DNA from: Octopus bimaculoides
Taxonomy: Eukaryota
DNA length: 41,898 nt
NCBI RefSeq assembly: GCF_001194135.2
Contig: NC_069000.1
Location: 36,041,120-36,083,017, forward strand
Direction: 5' to 3'
Shown piece by piece: positions 1 to 10,465 of the stretch. A model generated the notes under the pieces. That model ran no database searches and had not been told where the DNA came from. It saw only the letters and a list, made by a program, of their open reading frames with translations. The translations under genes were made by a program, and so were the position numbers. Position 1 is the stretch's first letter; each line of letters begins with the position of its first letter.

Positions 1-46
<46 letters not shown>

Positions 47-215
47 GCGTATGTATATATATATATATATATATACATGTGTACGTATATATATGTGTGT
101 GTATATATATGTATGTGTATATATATGTATGTGTATTTATATGTATATATGTATGTGTATATATGTATGTGTATATATATATGTACATGTATGTGTATAT
201 ATATGTGTGTGTGTG
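1..215. repeat. (TA)n / (TATG)n / (TG)n compound microsatellite
   Basis: Directly visible; source of the YI/CV-type pseudo-ORFs at 45-337. Confidence 0.98.
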
Positions 216-1021
216 CCAACACTGCACCTACATCTGATGACATTTGGTTCATCGTCCCATTTGGGAAACAAGTGAAATCCGATTTGGTTTTGCAGTTCCG
301 CGATGTGGTGAATAGGAATTTTCCTAGTGGTTCTCACTATTATCCAATCATCAACACATATAAGTTTAGATTTGGGTTTTCTAATACAGAAAGTATGTTA
401 CAAATAATTTATTCCCATTATTTTAGACTTTTAGATTCACCTCTAGTCAGCCATATCAATTATGATGGTCATAATAATAATAACAATTACTCCAGTAATA
501 CAACACACTCCTATGGTAGCAATAGTTATTTAGATAAAAATATAGGTAATAAGTACAACATTAGTAAATATAACAATAACTATCACAATAAGATTAGTAT
601 CTCGGAATCTAATTGTAATAGAATCACATTTTTGAGTGTGAACACTAGGAACAAAAATGTTGTTTATCATTGTAAGGTTACGACTAACACAGAGGTCTCG
701 CATTACATTCGTTGCTCTTTGTCGCAGGTCTCTAAGAGAATCTCTAACCATTACTCATCCTTTAGGGATAGGAATAAAAATAATAGTACCGGTCTTAGTA
801 AGTTAATCTGGAAACTTAAGGACTGCAATAAACAATTCTCTTTGGAATGGTCAATACTGGCTACCTCAATACCCTATAACAAGGGTAAAGATTTTTGTCC
901 TCTCTGTAACTTGGAGCTATTCCACATTCTGTTCTCCAAGAATAATTTAGTGAACCAGATAACACAGAGAGCATACAGATGCCAGCATTGGAGGAAACAC
1001 ACCTTCAGCTCGTTTCATTAG
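216..1021 (+). pseudogene. GIY-YIG endonuclease ORF remnant of the PLE (no RT, no genuine start codon, YIG>YIR)
   Basis: Open frame to TAG at 1019-1021. VVY at 659-667, YIR at 704-712 (CGT where GGT is expected), conserved Arg at 737-739. The upstream Met codons lie in the microsatellite. Confidence 0.8.
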
Positions 1022-1656
1022 TTTCAATCTTTTTACTAATTTTAGTCTCTTTTTTTTTTTTCCACCTACCAACATACTCACTAGTTGACAGCCACTTTAC
1101 ATGTGATATGAACTATCACCCCACTTTGTATTTGTTTTTATTTAAGTTTAGACAATAACAATATTAGAGTTTTAAGTATACTTATATATATTTACGTATA
1201 TACTATCGATTTTGTTATCGTAAGCTGTTTATTCTTATTATTTCATCACTTTATAGTTTTGTACCTTGTATTGCCATTTATTTAGGTTAATTACTGTAAC
1301 TTAATATGATACAACATTAATGGTTAATTATATTTACAATCCATCTTTAATTTTCCTTCCTTATAAACGTTTATTTACATAATTAATCCTATATAAAGAA
1401 TTCATTGGATTCTCTCCCTTTCTCCTTTCAATTACAATAAATTTTTATTACCATTATTATTAACTTTAAGAATTTTCTGCGGTTCATTATCTCTTCCTTT
1501 AGTTTAAACTCTTAGTATAGCGTTCATAGCCTCTCTCCCTAAACAGCTCCCTGTAAACTAGCGTTATTGTTTCTAACGGTCATTTAACTTAGCTATATAG
1601 TGTTATTCCTCGTACATAACCTTAGCATTCAGCGCAAGTCTTGCATTTGTAATATG

Positions 1657-1746
1657 ATTCCTTGATGATAAAATTATATGTATATACCAGCATCTCTTAC
1701 TTCTTTGGAGTAGAGTGCATATAATTTTTGAAACATATGTAGGAAT
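1657..1746 (+). ncRNA. Minimal type I hammerhead ribozyme fold (U3 variant)
   Basis: Helix I ATTCC 1657-61 / GGAAT 1742-46; core TTGATGA 1662-68; helix II AAAATTATATG 1670-80 / CATATAATTTT 1718-28 (11 bp perfect); GAAA 1730-33; 2-bp helix III with palindrome ACATATGT 1733-40; cleavage triplet GUA 1739-41. Confidence 0.75.
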
Positions 1747-1790
1747 TAAAGGAACTTATTAATTATATGCATTTTGCTCCATTTATTATT

Positions 1791-1902
1791 ATTCTATATA
1801 TGTATGTATATATATGTGTATATATACATATAGATGTTTGTATATATATATATATATATATATGTAGATATGTATGTGTATATATGTATGAGTGTGTATA
1901 TA

Positions 1903-1941
<39 letters not shown>

Positions 1942-1946
1942 GTATG

Positions 1947-1986
<40 letters not shown>

Positions 1987-2020
1987 TGTATGTATGTATA
2001 TATATATGTTTATGTATATA
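1791..2020. repeat. (TA)n/(TATG)n microsatellite
   Basis: Directly visible. Confidence 0.97.
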
Positions 2021-2021
2021 C

Positions 2022-2365
2022 ATCATTATCATCATCATTTAATGTCTGCTTTCTATGCTAGCATGGGTGGGACGATTTGCCTGGGGACTAGCGAACCAGA
2101 TGGCTACACCAGACTCCAAACTGATCTGGCAGAGTTTCTACAACTGGATGCCCTTCCTAACGCCAACCACTCCGAGGGCCAGTCTGGCGGTACTGGCAAC
2201 AGCCACACTCAAATGGTGTTTTTTTTCGTGCCACAGGAGTCCGTCCAAACCAGCACGAGTGCCAGTAAGGCAAAACTGGAAACGATGGCACTCAAATGGT
2301 GCTTTTTTACGTGCCACCGGCACGGAAGCGAGACCGCTACTCTGGCAGTGATCCTATGTTGATGT
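2022..2365 (-). mobile_element. RTE-tailed SINE / non-autonomous retroelement, (GAT)n tail at left
   Basis: CATCATCATTTAATGTC...GCTAGCATGGGT...GGATGCCCTTCCTAACGCCAACCAC; same family at 17782-18170 (-) and 37905-38160 (+). Confidence 0.75.
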
Positions 2366-2450
2366 AGTATATATAGTATAATTTTTTTAACATCGTTTTC
2401 ACAACAATTTGTTTTTACTTGTGAGGCTAGTAATTTCATTAGCTCATATA

Positions 2451-2868
2451 NNNNNNNNNNNNNNNNNNNNNNNNNNNNNNNNNNNNNNNNNNNNNNNNNN
2501 NNNNNNNNNNNNNNNNNNNNNNNNNNNNNNNNNNNNNNNNNNNNNNNNNNNNNNNNNNNNNNNNNNNNNNNNNNNNNNNNNNNNNNNNNNNNNNNNNNNN
2601 NNNNNNNNNNNNNNNNNNNNNNNNNNNNNNNNNNNNNNNNNNNNNNNNNNNNNNNNNNNNNNNNNNNNNNNNNNNNNNNNNNNNNNNNNNNNNNNNNNNN
2701 NNNNNNNNNNNNNNNNNNNNNNNNNNNNNNNNNNNNNNNNNNNNNNNNNNNNNNNNNNNNNNNNNNNNNNNNNNNNNNNNNNNNNNNNNNNNNNNNNNNN
2801 NNNNNNNNNNNNNNNNNNNNNNNNNNNNNNNNNNNNNNNNNNNNNNNNNNNNNNNNNNNNNNNNNNNN
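2451..2868. other. Assembly gap (N run)
   Basis: N run; other gaps at 12017-12026, 25413-25454 and 39218-39463. Confidence 1.
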
Positions 2869-3182
2869 CCCCCCCCGAAACTGCTGGCCTTGTGGCAAAA
2901 TTTGAAATTGGTATGTGATACAAATGGATCAGTATGAATAATGCATGTCAGGGAAACAAAAACAAAGTGGTGTGATACACTTTCTGAAAGTACTCAAGGC
3001 AGAGGGGATAAGCAGGAAAGATATAGGTGGAAGTAAAGACAGGTAGACTTGTAACCATCATACTTCACAGGTGTGATACTAGATTAAGTGCTGTATGATA
3101 AAAGAGATGTTAAACTGTTGATCATTATGATTGATTCGTTTAAATTAACTGTTTTTTTTATTTTTATTTTTTTTATTTCAAG

Positions 3183-3485
3183 GTTCAAATCGGAATGCCA
3201 TACTGGATTAACAATTAAACTTTGGGCTTCATTTTTGTATTGCCGATAAAAAAAAATAATAAATAAAAGAATCTGCAATTTATTATAAATTTGCAATCTA
3301 AGCAGACAGTGCTATATGGTGCACTTGCTTAGAAATATTTTGACTGTTGCTTTTAAAGAATTCATGCCTACTTATTATGAAGCCATGAGCTTAGACAAAA
3401 TCTGTCTTGGATAAGAAGTACAGCATACAACTTGTGGATAGAAGAATCATTTGCTTCATAGGTCACTTTACATCAGAAGACAGTC
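3183..3485 (+). other. AdipoR: Probable 5' UTR part of the first coding exon of AdipoR
   Basis: Long T-rich tract ending TTTCAAG (AG 3181-3182). In-frame TAG at 3459-3461 precedes ATG 3486 (GTCATGG context). A weaker acceptor (CATAG ending 3461) is an alternative; any upstream first exon is not identifiable. Confidence 0.5.
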
Positions 3486-3842
3486 ATGGCATCTGTCTCC
3501 AGCAGTGACAGTTCTAGCAGCAGGGAGAAAGAGTGTAATCCACCAAACAACTCTCCTTCATCCAGCCCTGACCTTGGTCCATCTTTGCTGAGCAAAATTA
3601 ACAGCCACTTAGACCATGAAACCGACCCGAATTTAGACCCAGACACGGATTATCATAACTTAGCAGATCCAGTCCTACTTGGACAAAGTGACAGTTTACT
3701 GGGACAGAATGATGGATTGATGCTTGATAGTGGAGATGACTTCACAGATGCTGAAGATGACTTGAGCCTACCAACTAATCGGGCTGTAGCCAAGTCAGAG
3801 ATCACCAGAATGCTTCCTGCTGTATCTGAAGCTATAGCACCG
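3486..3842 (+). CDS. AdipoR: Adiponectin receptor (PAQR) coding exon 1: Ser/Asp-rich N-terminus, 119 aa
   Basis: ATG 3486, open frame to CCG|GTAAGT donor; 357 nt, phase 0, matches the phase of exon 2. No homology recognised by eye, so linkage to the gene is inferred from splice sites and phase. Confidence 0.8.
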
Positions 3843-5399
3843 GTAAGTCTATTTCACCTGGTTTCTTTTTTCTTTTCTTTTGCACATATTTGCAGAGAAA
3901 GCTGTAGAAATAACCTAAACAAATGATTTTTTAAATTTTTATATATTTATATTTTTATGTTTTCAATTAAATATTAAATAATACAATAATCTTAAAACAT
4001 ACTGAAAATAACCTTTGATATATTTTAACTTTGTTATACAGCATGGGACTCCAAAGAAACAATGTTAGATTTGATCTTATTAGATGACTATTCAAGTTTT
4101 TGGGTTTTTTTGTCTCCATATCTCTCTAGATTCATCTAATAGCTTAGAACTGTTGTTCTGTAAATGATCGTTTTCAATGGAATGAGAGAAAAATATGTCT
4201 CTTCAATCAGTAAAGACATCAAGGAAGACACTAATTTCCAAGTATTGTGTTAATTAGAAACCTGATGTTGTTAACGGCTGATTAACTTTTTGTTTCAAAG
4301 AAAACACTCAAATACACATATGAAGTAAAATTTTCAGCATAGTGAATTTATCGAAATAATTAAGGACTTAAAAGTAATTATAGTGTATTGATATATGCTA
4401 AGATTTTAATGTAATTTATGCCAAAAAGGTCTAGGCAGGCACTCTATGGTATACTCGGTAGCATGGTCATGCAGAAAGTGTTAAATATGTGGGTTATGTC
4501 CTATTAGTGTCCCTGTTTCTTTATTCAGTCTCTGGTACATGGTACATGTAATACTAATTACCATTAATTATAATGGGCCCTGTTAATGTAAGAGAAAATC
4601 ATTTTTGACATGTATACCTCAGTCAATCTGGTTGTCAACACTAATGTGACTTAGCACCAAAGAATCCTTTGGTTTAATTATGGACAGTAAGTAAAGTTCA
4701 TCTCTTTACTTTCTAATGCTGTAAATTATTCAGTTGAGCAGACCTGAAGTCTCTCTCTGTCATTCTTGTTTAGCTCAAAGAGTTCTTATGAAGTGGTTAT
4801 AAAATTAGGTCTCCTAAGTATATTTTTATATCAAATAGAATGCTTTGTGTAGTGTTAGCTTTTTTGTTGTTTTTGTAATGATTTTGTGGAGGCTGAAGCT
4901 ATACCCATGGCCTTGACAGACCCTCCAATATTTGTGAGATAAATGCAGTTGATGTTCTTGAACAATTTAAAGTTGACACCTGCAGGAAAAAACAGTGGAT
5001 GGAATGAGTGACTAATGTCCTTGGTAGAAATGGGTTAAATGCAGTGGTTAGTGTTAAGACTGGAAGGGTTGGACACAATATGGGTGATAAAAGGAAGAGC
5101 AAGGAGGTTAAATGTATCTTTTTAAACTGATTTATTTCTTAAGTCAGTAAAATATTTATGGTGTCTATGTGCAACAAGGTAGACTCAGCTGTTGAGAGTT
5201 TTGGAATCTCCAAGTAATTTTGAAGTTGTGTCATGACTTACTGCATTTTGATGCGCCTTAAAAACCATGAAAAAATATACTTGTAAGAAGTAACTAGTCA
5301 GTACTTTGATGAAGGCCATACTTTTGATTACAACAACCATCTAAAAGAGCAGAAACATTGACATGGTGCAGCGGGGAAACTTTAGTCCTAACAAATAAC

Positions 5400-7502
5400 T
5401 TCTATAGTGTAGATGTATCCAATCCATTCTGTGAAGTGGTTAGCAACTGGAAGAGCGTCCAGCCAAGATAAACTCTAATTGTGTGTAAAGGACTGATAAT
5501 TAGAAAGTAAAGAGGTTGTCAGGGGGAATGCCTGGTCATGTTCAAGAACCATTTGACTGTCATCAAAATATCGCACCAACTCTCTTCCTTTCAGAGACAA
5601 AACACATCAAACACAATCCAGCCACCTCTAGAAACTTCTTTCTTCCTGTCAGGTACAGAACTTCAGGGTTGCCATCATCAATGTTGGTATGATGAAAGGT
5701 AGGTCTGCAGAGATTGTAGAGATGCAAGAACAGAGACTAGTAGACTTCCCTTCTATTTCACAGAGGTGAAATGGAAGGGAGGTCAGACCCCATGAACAAG
5801 AAATTCAGGTACAAACTCTTCTTGTTGGGGAAACAACACCAAGGTGATTGGAGTAGCCATGTCGTTGGCTGAGAAATGGATAAAGTAATTAAAGTAGTTA
5901 GAGTATGTGACAATGAATAAGCTGAGACACAGCTTACATGACAGTAACTGTTATTTCTGCATATTCATCACAATCAGAACTGCTGTGGGTAATAGGACTG
6001 TTTATATGAGGCTCTCTTGCAGATTATCTCAACAAACTACAGCTACCTCATTATTGTAACGAGTGACTTTAATGAATTTGTTGGACAACACTATGATGGC
6101 TACTCCAGCATACATAGAGACCAAGGATATGGTACAAAGAATGAGGAGGAGTTACAGCTTTGGGATATCTTTGACACAAATGACCTAACACTAACTTCAG
6201 GAAACTGGTTATGCACCTGAGTACCCCACCAGTCAGGTAAACACACAAACCACCAAACAATATACACTTCATACTCACCAGGAAATAGGATAGACAACCA
6301 ATTCAGGTTTGTGCCAGGACAGAATATCACTGGTGTCCTCTTTCTAATGAGACACTCAACTTGGCATTTGTTGACCTGGAGAGGGCCTTTGATTGTCCGA
6401 TGGTGTGGAAGAAAGGCTTGTGAGAGCCTCGCAATGTGTGTGCAGAGATGCTATCACCAATATGAGTTAGCAATGACTTCATTGAAGAATTTAGCATGCA
6501 AGCAGGTGTGCATTTAGGTTCACTTTTCAGTTTCCAATTCTTCATTTTCTTGACTATGACAGAGGAATTTAAAATTGACCGCTGACTGACTAGTAATTGA
6601 ATCTGTTGAAGAATTTCTGAAGAAATTGCAAGCTTAGATGCCATGTCCAGAAACAAGAGGTCTCAAGTGAACTCAGGAAAAAGAAAAGTCTTAGTTAACA
6701 AAAAGACACAACATAACTACCACCAGGAATGTAGCCACGCTCAATATGCAGAAAAGATGTAGGGAGGGGTTATCTACTGTGTACCAAATGCACATCTGTA
6801 CAAGAGATGCAGTGAGATTGCTGGCTGACAGGCAACTAGGGCTTTGTATACACTAGATGAACAGAAGTGCTTAGTAGTCAGAGCATCTATGAAATATATC
6901 CTTTCAAATATTTGGAACTCTCCTGAAAAGTAATTGATAGTTTCTGTTTCTGTGACCCAATTAGCAAAGGAGGGACTCTTCAGGATGTACAGTACTTAGT
7001 GTAAGAATATATTAGTAAAACATGAGGAAGCTATCATCTCTGCTGGCAAGAAAAGGAATCTGTCTCCAAAATTGTTTGATAACTTGTGTGCAAAATGCAA
7101 TGTTACATGGTAATAAAACTTAAGCATTGAATGCAGATGTAGGAAGAAATTGAGACTGCTGTTTTGGATGGATATGTAATGTTAGTCGGTGTGTATGATG
7201 CAGCACAAATAAGCTGAGAGGAAAAAATTTGGTATAAATGGAATCAGATGTAATATGCAAGAGAGAAGACTGCATTGATACAGACATGTGATTTGTTCGG
7301 AGGATAACAGTTGGGTAAAAAATAAATTTAAAGAAAGTGCCAAGCAATCCAAATAGAAGGAATTTGTGAAAGTAGAAAATGTGGGAAGTAGTGAAAGCTG
7401 ATCTTTGGTGTTTGAATCTTATGGAGATGAAAAAGCATAACAACAATTAGCAAGACTGGTAGAAAAAAGAACACATGGAAAAGCAGACATAAGAAATGAT
7501 GA
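5400..7502 (+). mobile_element. Decayed RTE-clade LINE: APE domain plus C-terminal part, RT core apparently deleted
   Basis: Frameshifted APE motifs (NVG.MKGRS.EIV ~5680, DFN..VG ~6065, GYG..NE ~6125). C-terminal motifs CV...ML.G..T.AL (~7085) and RL.W..HV (~7265); tail CATGGAAAAGCAGAC...ATGATGA 7474-7502. Confidence 0.75.
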
Positions 7503-7576
7503 AAGGATAAACTGAATAATAATACATATGTAGCTGGTAGACCTCTATAGTTTTTGTTTATCTGAACATTTTTAGT

Positions 7577-7947
7577 GTGGTTAGGACAGCGGACTCACGG
7601 TCTTAGGATCACGGTTTTGATTCCCAGACTGGGCATTGTGAGTGTTTATTGAGCGAAAACACCTAAAGCTCCACGAGGCTCCGGCAGGGAATGGTGGCGA
7701 ACCCTGCTGTACTCTTCCACCACAACTTTCTCTCACTCTTACTTCCTGTTTCTGTTGTACCTGTAATTCAAAAAGGACCAGCCTTGTCACACTCTGTGTC
7801 ATGCTGAATCTCCCCGAGAACTACGTTAAGGGTACACGTGTCTGTCCAGTGTTCAGCCACTTGCACATTAATTTCACGAGCAGGCTGTTCCGTTGATCGG
7901 ATCAACTGGATCACTCGTCGTAACCAACGGAGTGCCAACAACAACAA
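7577..7947 (+). mobile_element. tRNA-headed SINE with (CAA)n tail and 14-bp TSD
   Basis: TGAACATTTTTAGT at 7563-7576 and 7948-7961; B-box-like GGTTTTGATTCCC; ends GTGCCAACAACAACAA; CpG-rich relative to flanks. Confidence 0.9.
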
Positions 7948-10240
7948 TGAACATTTTTAGTAACACTTTCTGAAAGGAAAAAAAGAAAGAAAAATGTTTT
8001 AATGTAAATAAAATGTCTCTGAAACATAAAATAATACTAATGCAATTTGATTAATGTGGTTTAACCATTAATACCACACACAAACCTTGAAAGTAAACTC
8101 TCTCAAGTGATATACTAATCAACACTTTGAATTGCTTTCAAAAGTTAATGAAATCTCTGCAGTCTTTATATTGCCTTTCTAATCAATCATTGAACAATAT
8201 AGTTTTAATTTCTAGAAGTGGATATTGACCTGATCTTTCATCAAAATATCAACTATCATTTTAGCTGGTATCATTTTTTTTTTCTTTTTCTTTTTACTAC
8301 ATTGTTAAATTTTGGTATTTTCTTTAAATAACTCTTTTTCTAAAACTACCTCCTTATTAACTTTTAACTTCAAATGTGTGTTTATTTCTACTGAGACCAA
8401 AACTAATAATCATCACTTACCAAAGAATAACTGTTCCTTTCTTAGCTAAGATTCAATGACATAAGAAGTAAATGCAATCTAAAGGATTTGCACATACATT
8501 CCATGTAACAGAAATAAAGTAATCAAAGATTCTCTAGAATATCAAAGCTATTTTTACCATGTTTGGTTCCTTTTTTTTGTTTTTGTTTTTTGTTTTTACT
8601 TTCCACTATATTTTTGCTCTCTAGGCTGTGACAATTCCAAGAATTTTCCTGGGTTTTTTTTTAAATTCTTCCTTTCCATTAACTGCTGCAAACCATAATA
8701 AATTTTCCAATAAAAAGAGTTCTTTTAATTACTATTATTAATCAATAAAATAAAGTATCGGGGTTGTTGTAATCAACTGTTTCCCTCTCTGCCGCCCATA
8801 ATTCTGGATGACACCGCTATGACTGGCATATGAGAAAGGATTCACAGATCCTCCTTACACTTCCTTAGGGCTTACATTCTGCAGTTCTGTGTATATAACA
8901 GATTGCTCAGTTCAATGTCAATTTTGTCTCTTAGTTTTCTTATAAATACTGTATTTACTTAGGTGTAAGTTGCTCTATTTTATACTTGATTTTAATTGTA
9001 AAAGCTGGGATGTATCTTATACACAGAGTAAAGCTGATATCCTGTTCAAATACGAAAAGAAGAAAAAATTTGTACCAAGATTTAGCATTAAATTAGGGGT
9101 GTGACTTTTATACTAGTAAATATGATACATATTTTAATCAGTTTTATTAGCTATTTGTTATTATACTGGTCAGGTCTAGATTATGGATTTAGATTTATTC
9201 ATTACATGTTGATCACACACTCATGAAATTAAAATTTGATTTGATAATAATCTGAAGCCGTTGAGATATTTAAAAGTAATCTGGACCAATGGGGATGTAT
9301 GGAGCAGGTAGAGATATACACATATTCTTTTACAAATTTCAGTCATTGAACTGTGATCATGCTGGGAGCTGATCTATAAACCATAGACATGAAGATCTTA
9401 TATGATGCTAATGTCAGTGCTTAGATGCTTTATACACCCACATGCAATTACTGCAAATACAACTGCACTAAATATACTGTTATGGTTTTGTGCACATATC
9501 CTTGCACAACTTGGTCCCTGCAATTACACTCATACACACAACACTGGGGGATTGTACATCAGTTGCCTGGTCATATCATTTATATGTAATTAAACTAGAG
9601 ATGTACAAAACATGGAAGTTATTAAATCATTTAGGATTGCTGTAGCGAGGTCGTAGACTGAGAGACAGCTGGTAGTTCAGTGGAGGGCAAGAGCTTGGAA
9701 TGTTATTCTCCATTCCTCTTGACAGTTGAACTTAGCAAGACACTTCTATGAACATTGTTTTTTTACCTCTTGTTTCAGTTATTTGACCAGTTGTCAAGCA
9801 GTAGTGGAGGGGGGGGACAAACATGGATGCAAAGACACACACACACACACACACATAGATATATACACATATTTTTTTGTGAATTAATTGTTTTTGACAC
9901 AGACCATCACCAATCTCTTTGGATTTTGAGTTTTACTTTAATTTCTACATAACAAAATCAGAAAGATTGAGAGATAGGTTTAAAATAAGCCTTAAACATG
10001 GTGAGGATGGGAGATTAGAATTCTAACTCCTTATCATCAGAGATTCTTGGGGACAGGAGAACTGAATGAAAATTTTGCTCTTGCTCAAATAGAATAATCC
10101 CTAACTTAAGAGGAGGAGCCTGTAGATTAAACAGCCCAGATGTGTCATTCTTATAGGATTTTTTTTTTTTTGTCAATTTCAGTTGAAGCATATTATTCAA
10201 TAGGTAATAAGCATTGCCATTCTTTATGGTTGTTGTTTAA

Positions 10241-10465
10241 CCCTTTAGCATTGAAACCAGCCATATCTGGCCCAAATATTCCACCAAGTTTCATGTTAAA
10301 ACTGACCACATCTCCAACCTCTCACACCTCTCCCCTACAATGTCACTTTAAAAACATACAAACATATCAATGAAATCTTGAGACTACAAGATGATCTGTA
10401 ATCAGTCCAAAACAATGTGGATGAATAAGCAATACATTTGACAAAGAAGTCTGAATGCTAAAGGG
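10241..10465 (+). mobile_element. piggyBac-type MITE (225 bp)
   Basis: TTAA|CCCTTTAGCA ... TGCTAAAGGG|TTAA; homologous copies at 20494-20717 and 26954-27173. Confidence 0.9.

Larger units (their letters stand above)
216..1790 (+). mobile_element. 5'-truncated Penelope-like retroelement (PLE): end of RT thumb/linker, GIY-YIG endonuclease, and 3' non-coding region with hammerhead
   Basis: ORF 77-1021 after the microsatellite reads DIWFIVPFGKQV (cf. WFNPPF), then VVY-x12-YIR, KRISNH, LSKLIWKLK, WSIL, CPLCNLE, LVN and RCQH, the layout of PLE GIY-YIG domains. Hammerhead fold downstream; microsatellites on both sides. Confidence 0.85.

Noticed and set aside
234-275. CTGATGA followed by GGGAAAC, a possible second hammerhead
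   Set aside because: No helix II or helix I complementarity found; it is the Ser-Asp-Asp codons of the PLE ORF.
1022-1656. Possible SECIS element after the PLE ORF
   Set aside because: No convincing AUGA/GA quartet hairpin by eye and no in-frame TGA in this copy; needs SECISearch.
45-2362. ORFs rich in YIYI/CVCV (45-275, 137-337, 1763-2362; similarly 11945-12200, 25079-25556, 30170-30421, 36822-37518)
   Set aside because: Translations of microsatellites and SINEs; no domain content.
2209-2923. Long ORFs spanning 2451-2868 (also 39190-39525)
   Set aside because: Artefacts of N-gaps translated as X.
3843-3926. C-terminal 27 aa of ORF 3486-3926
   Set aside because: Read-through past a consensus GTAAGT donor into intron 1.
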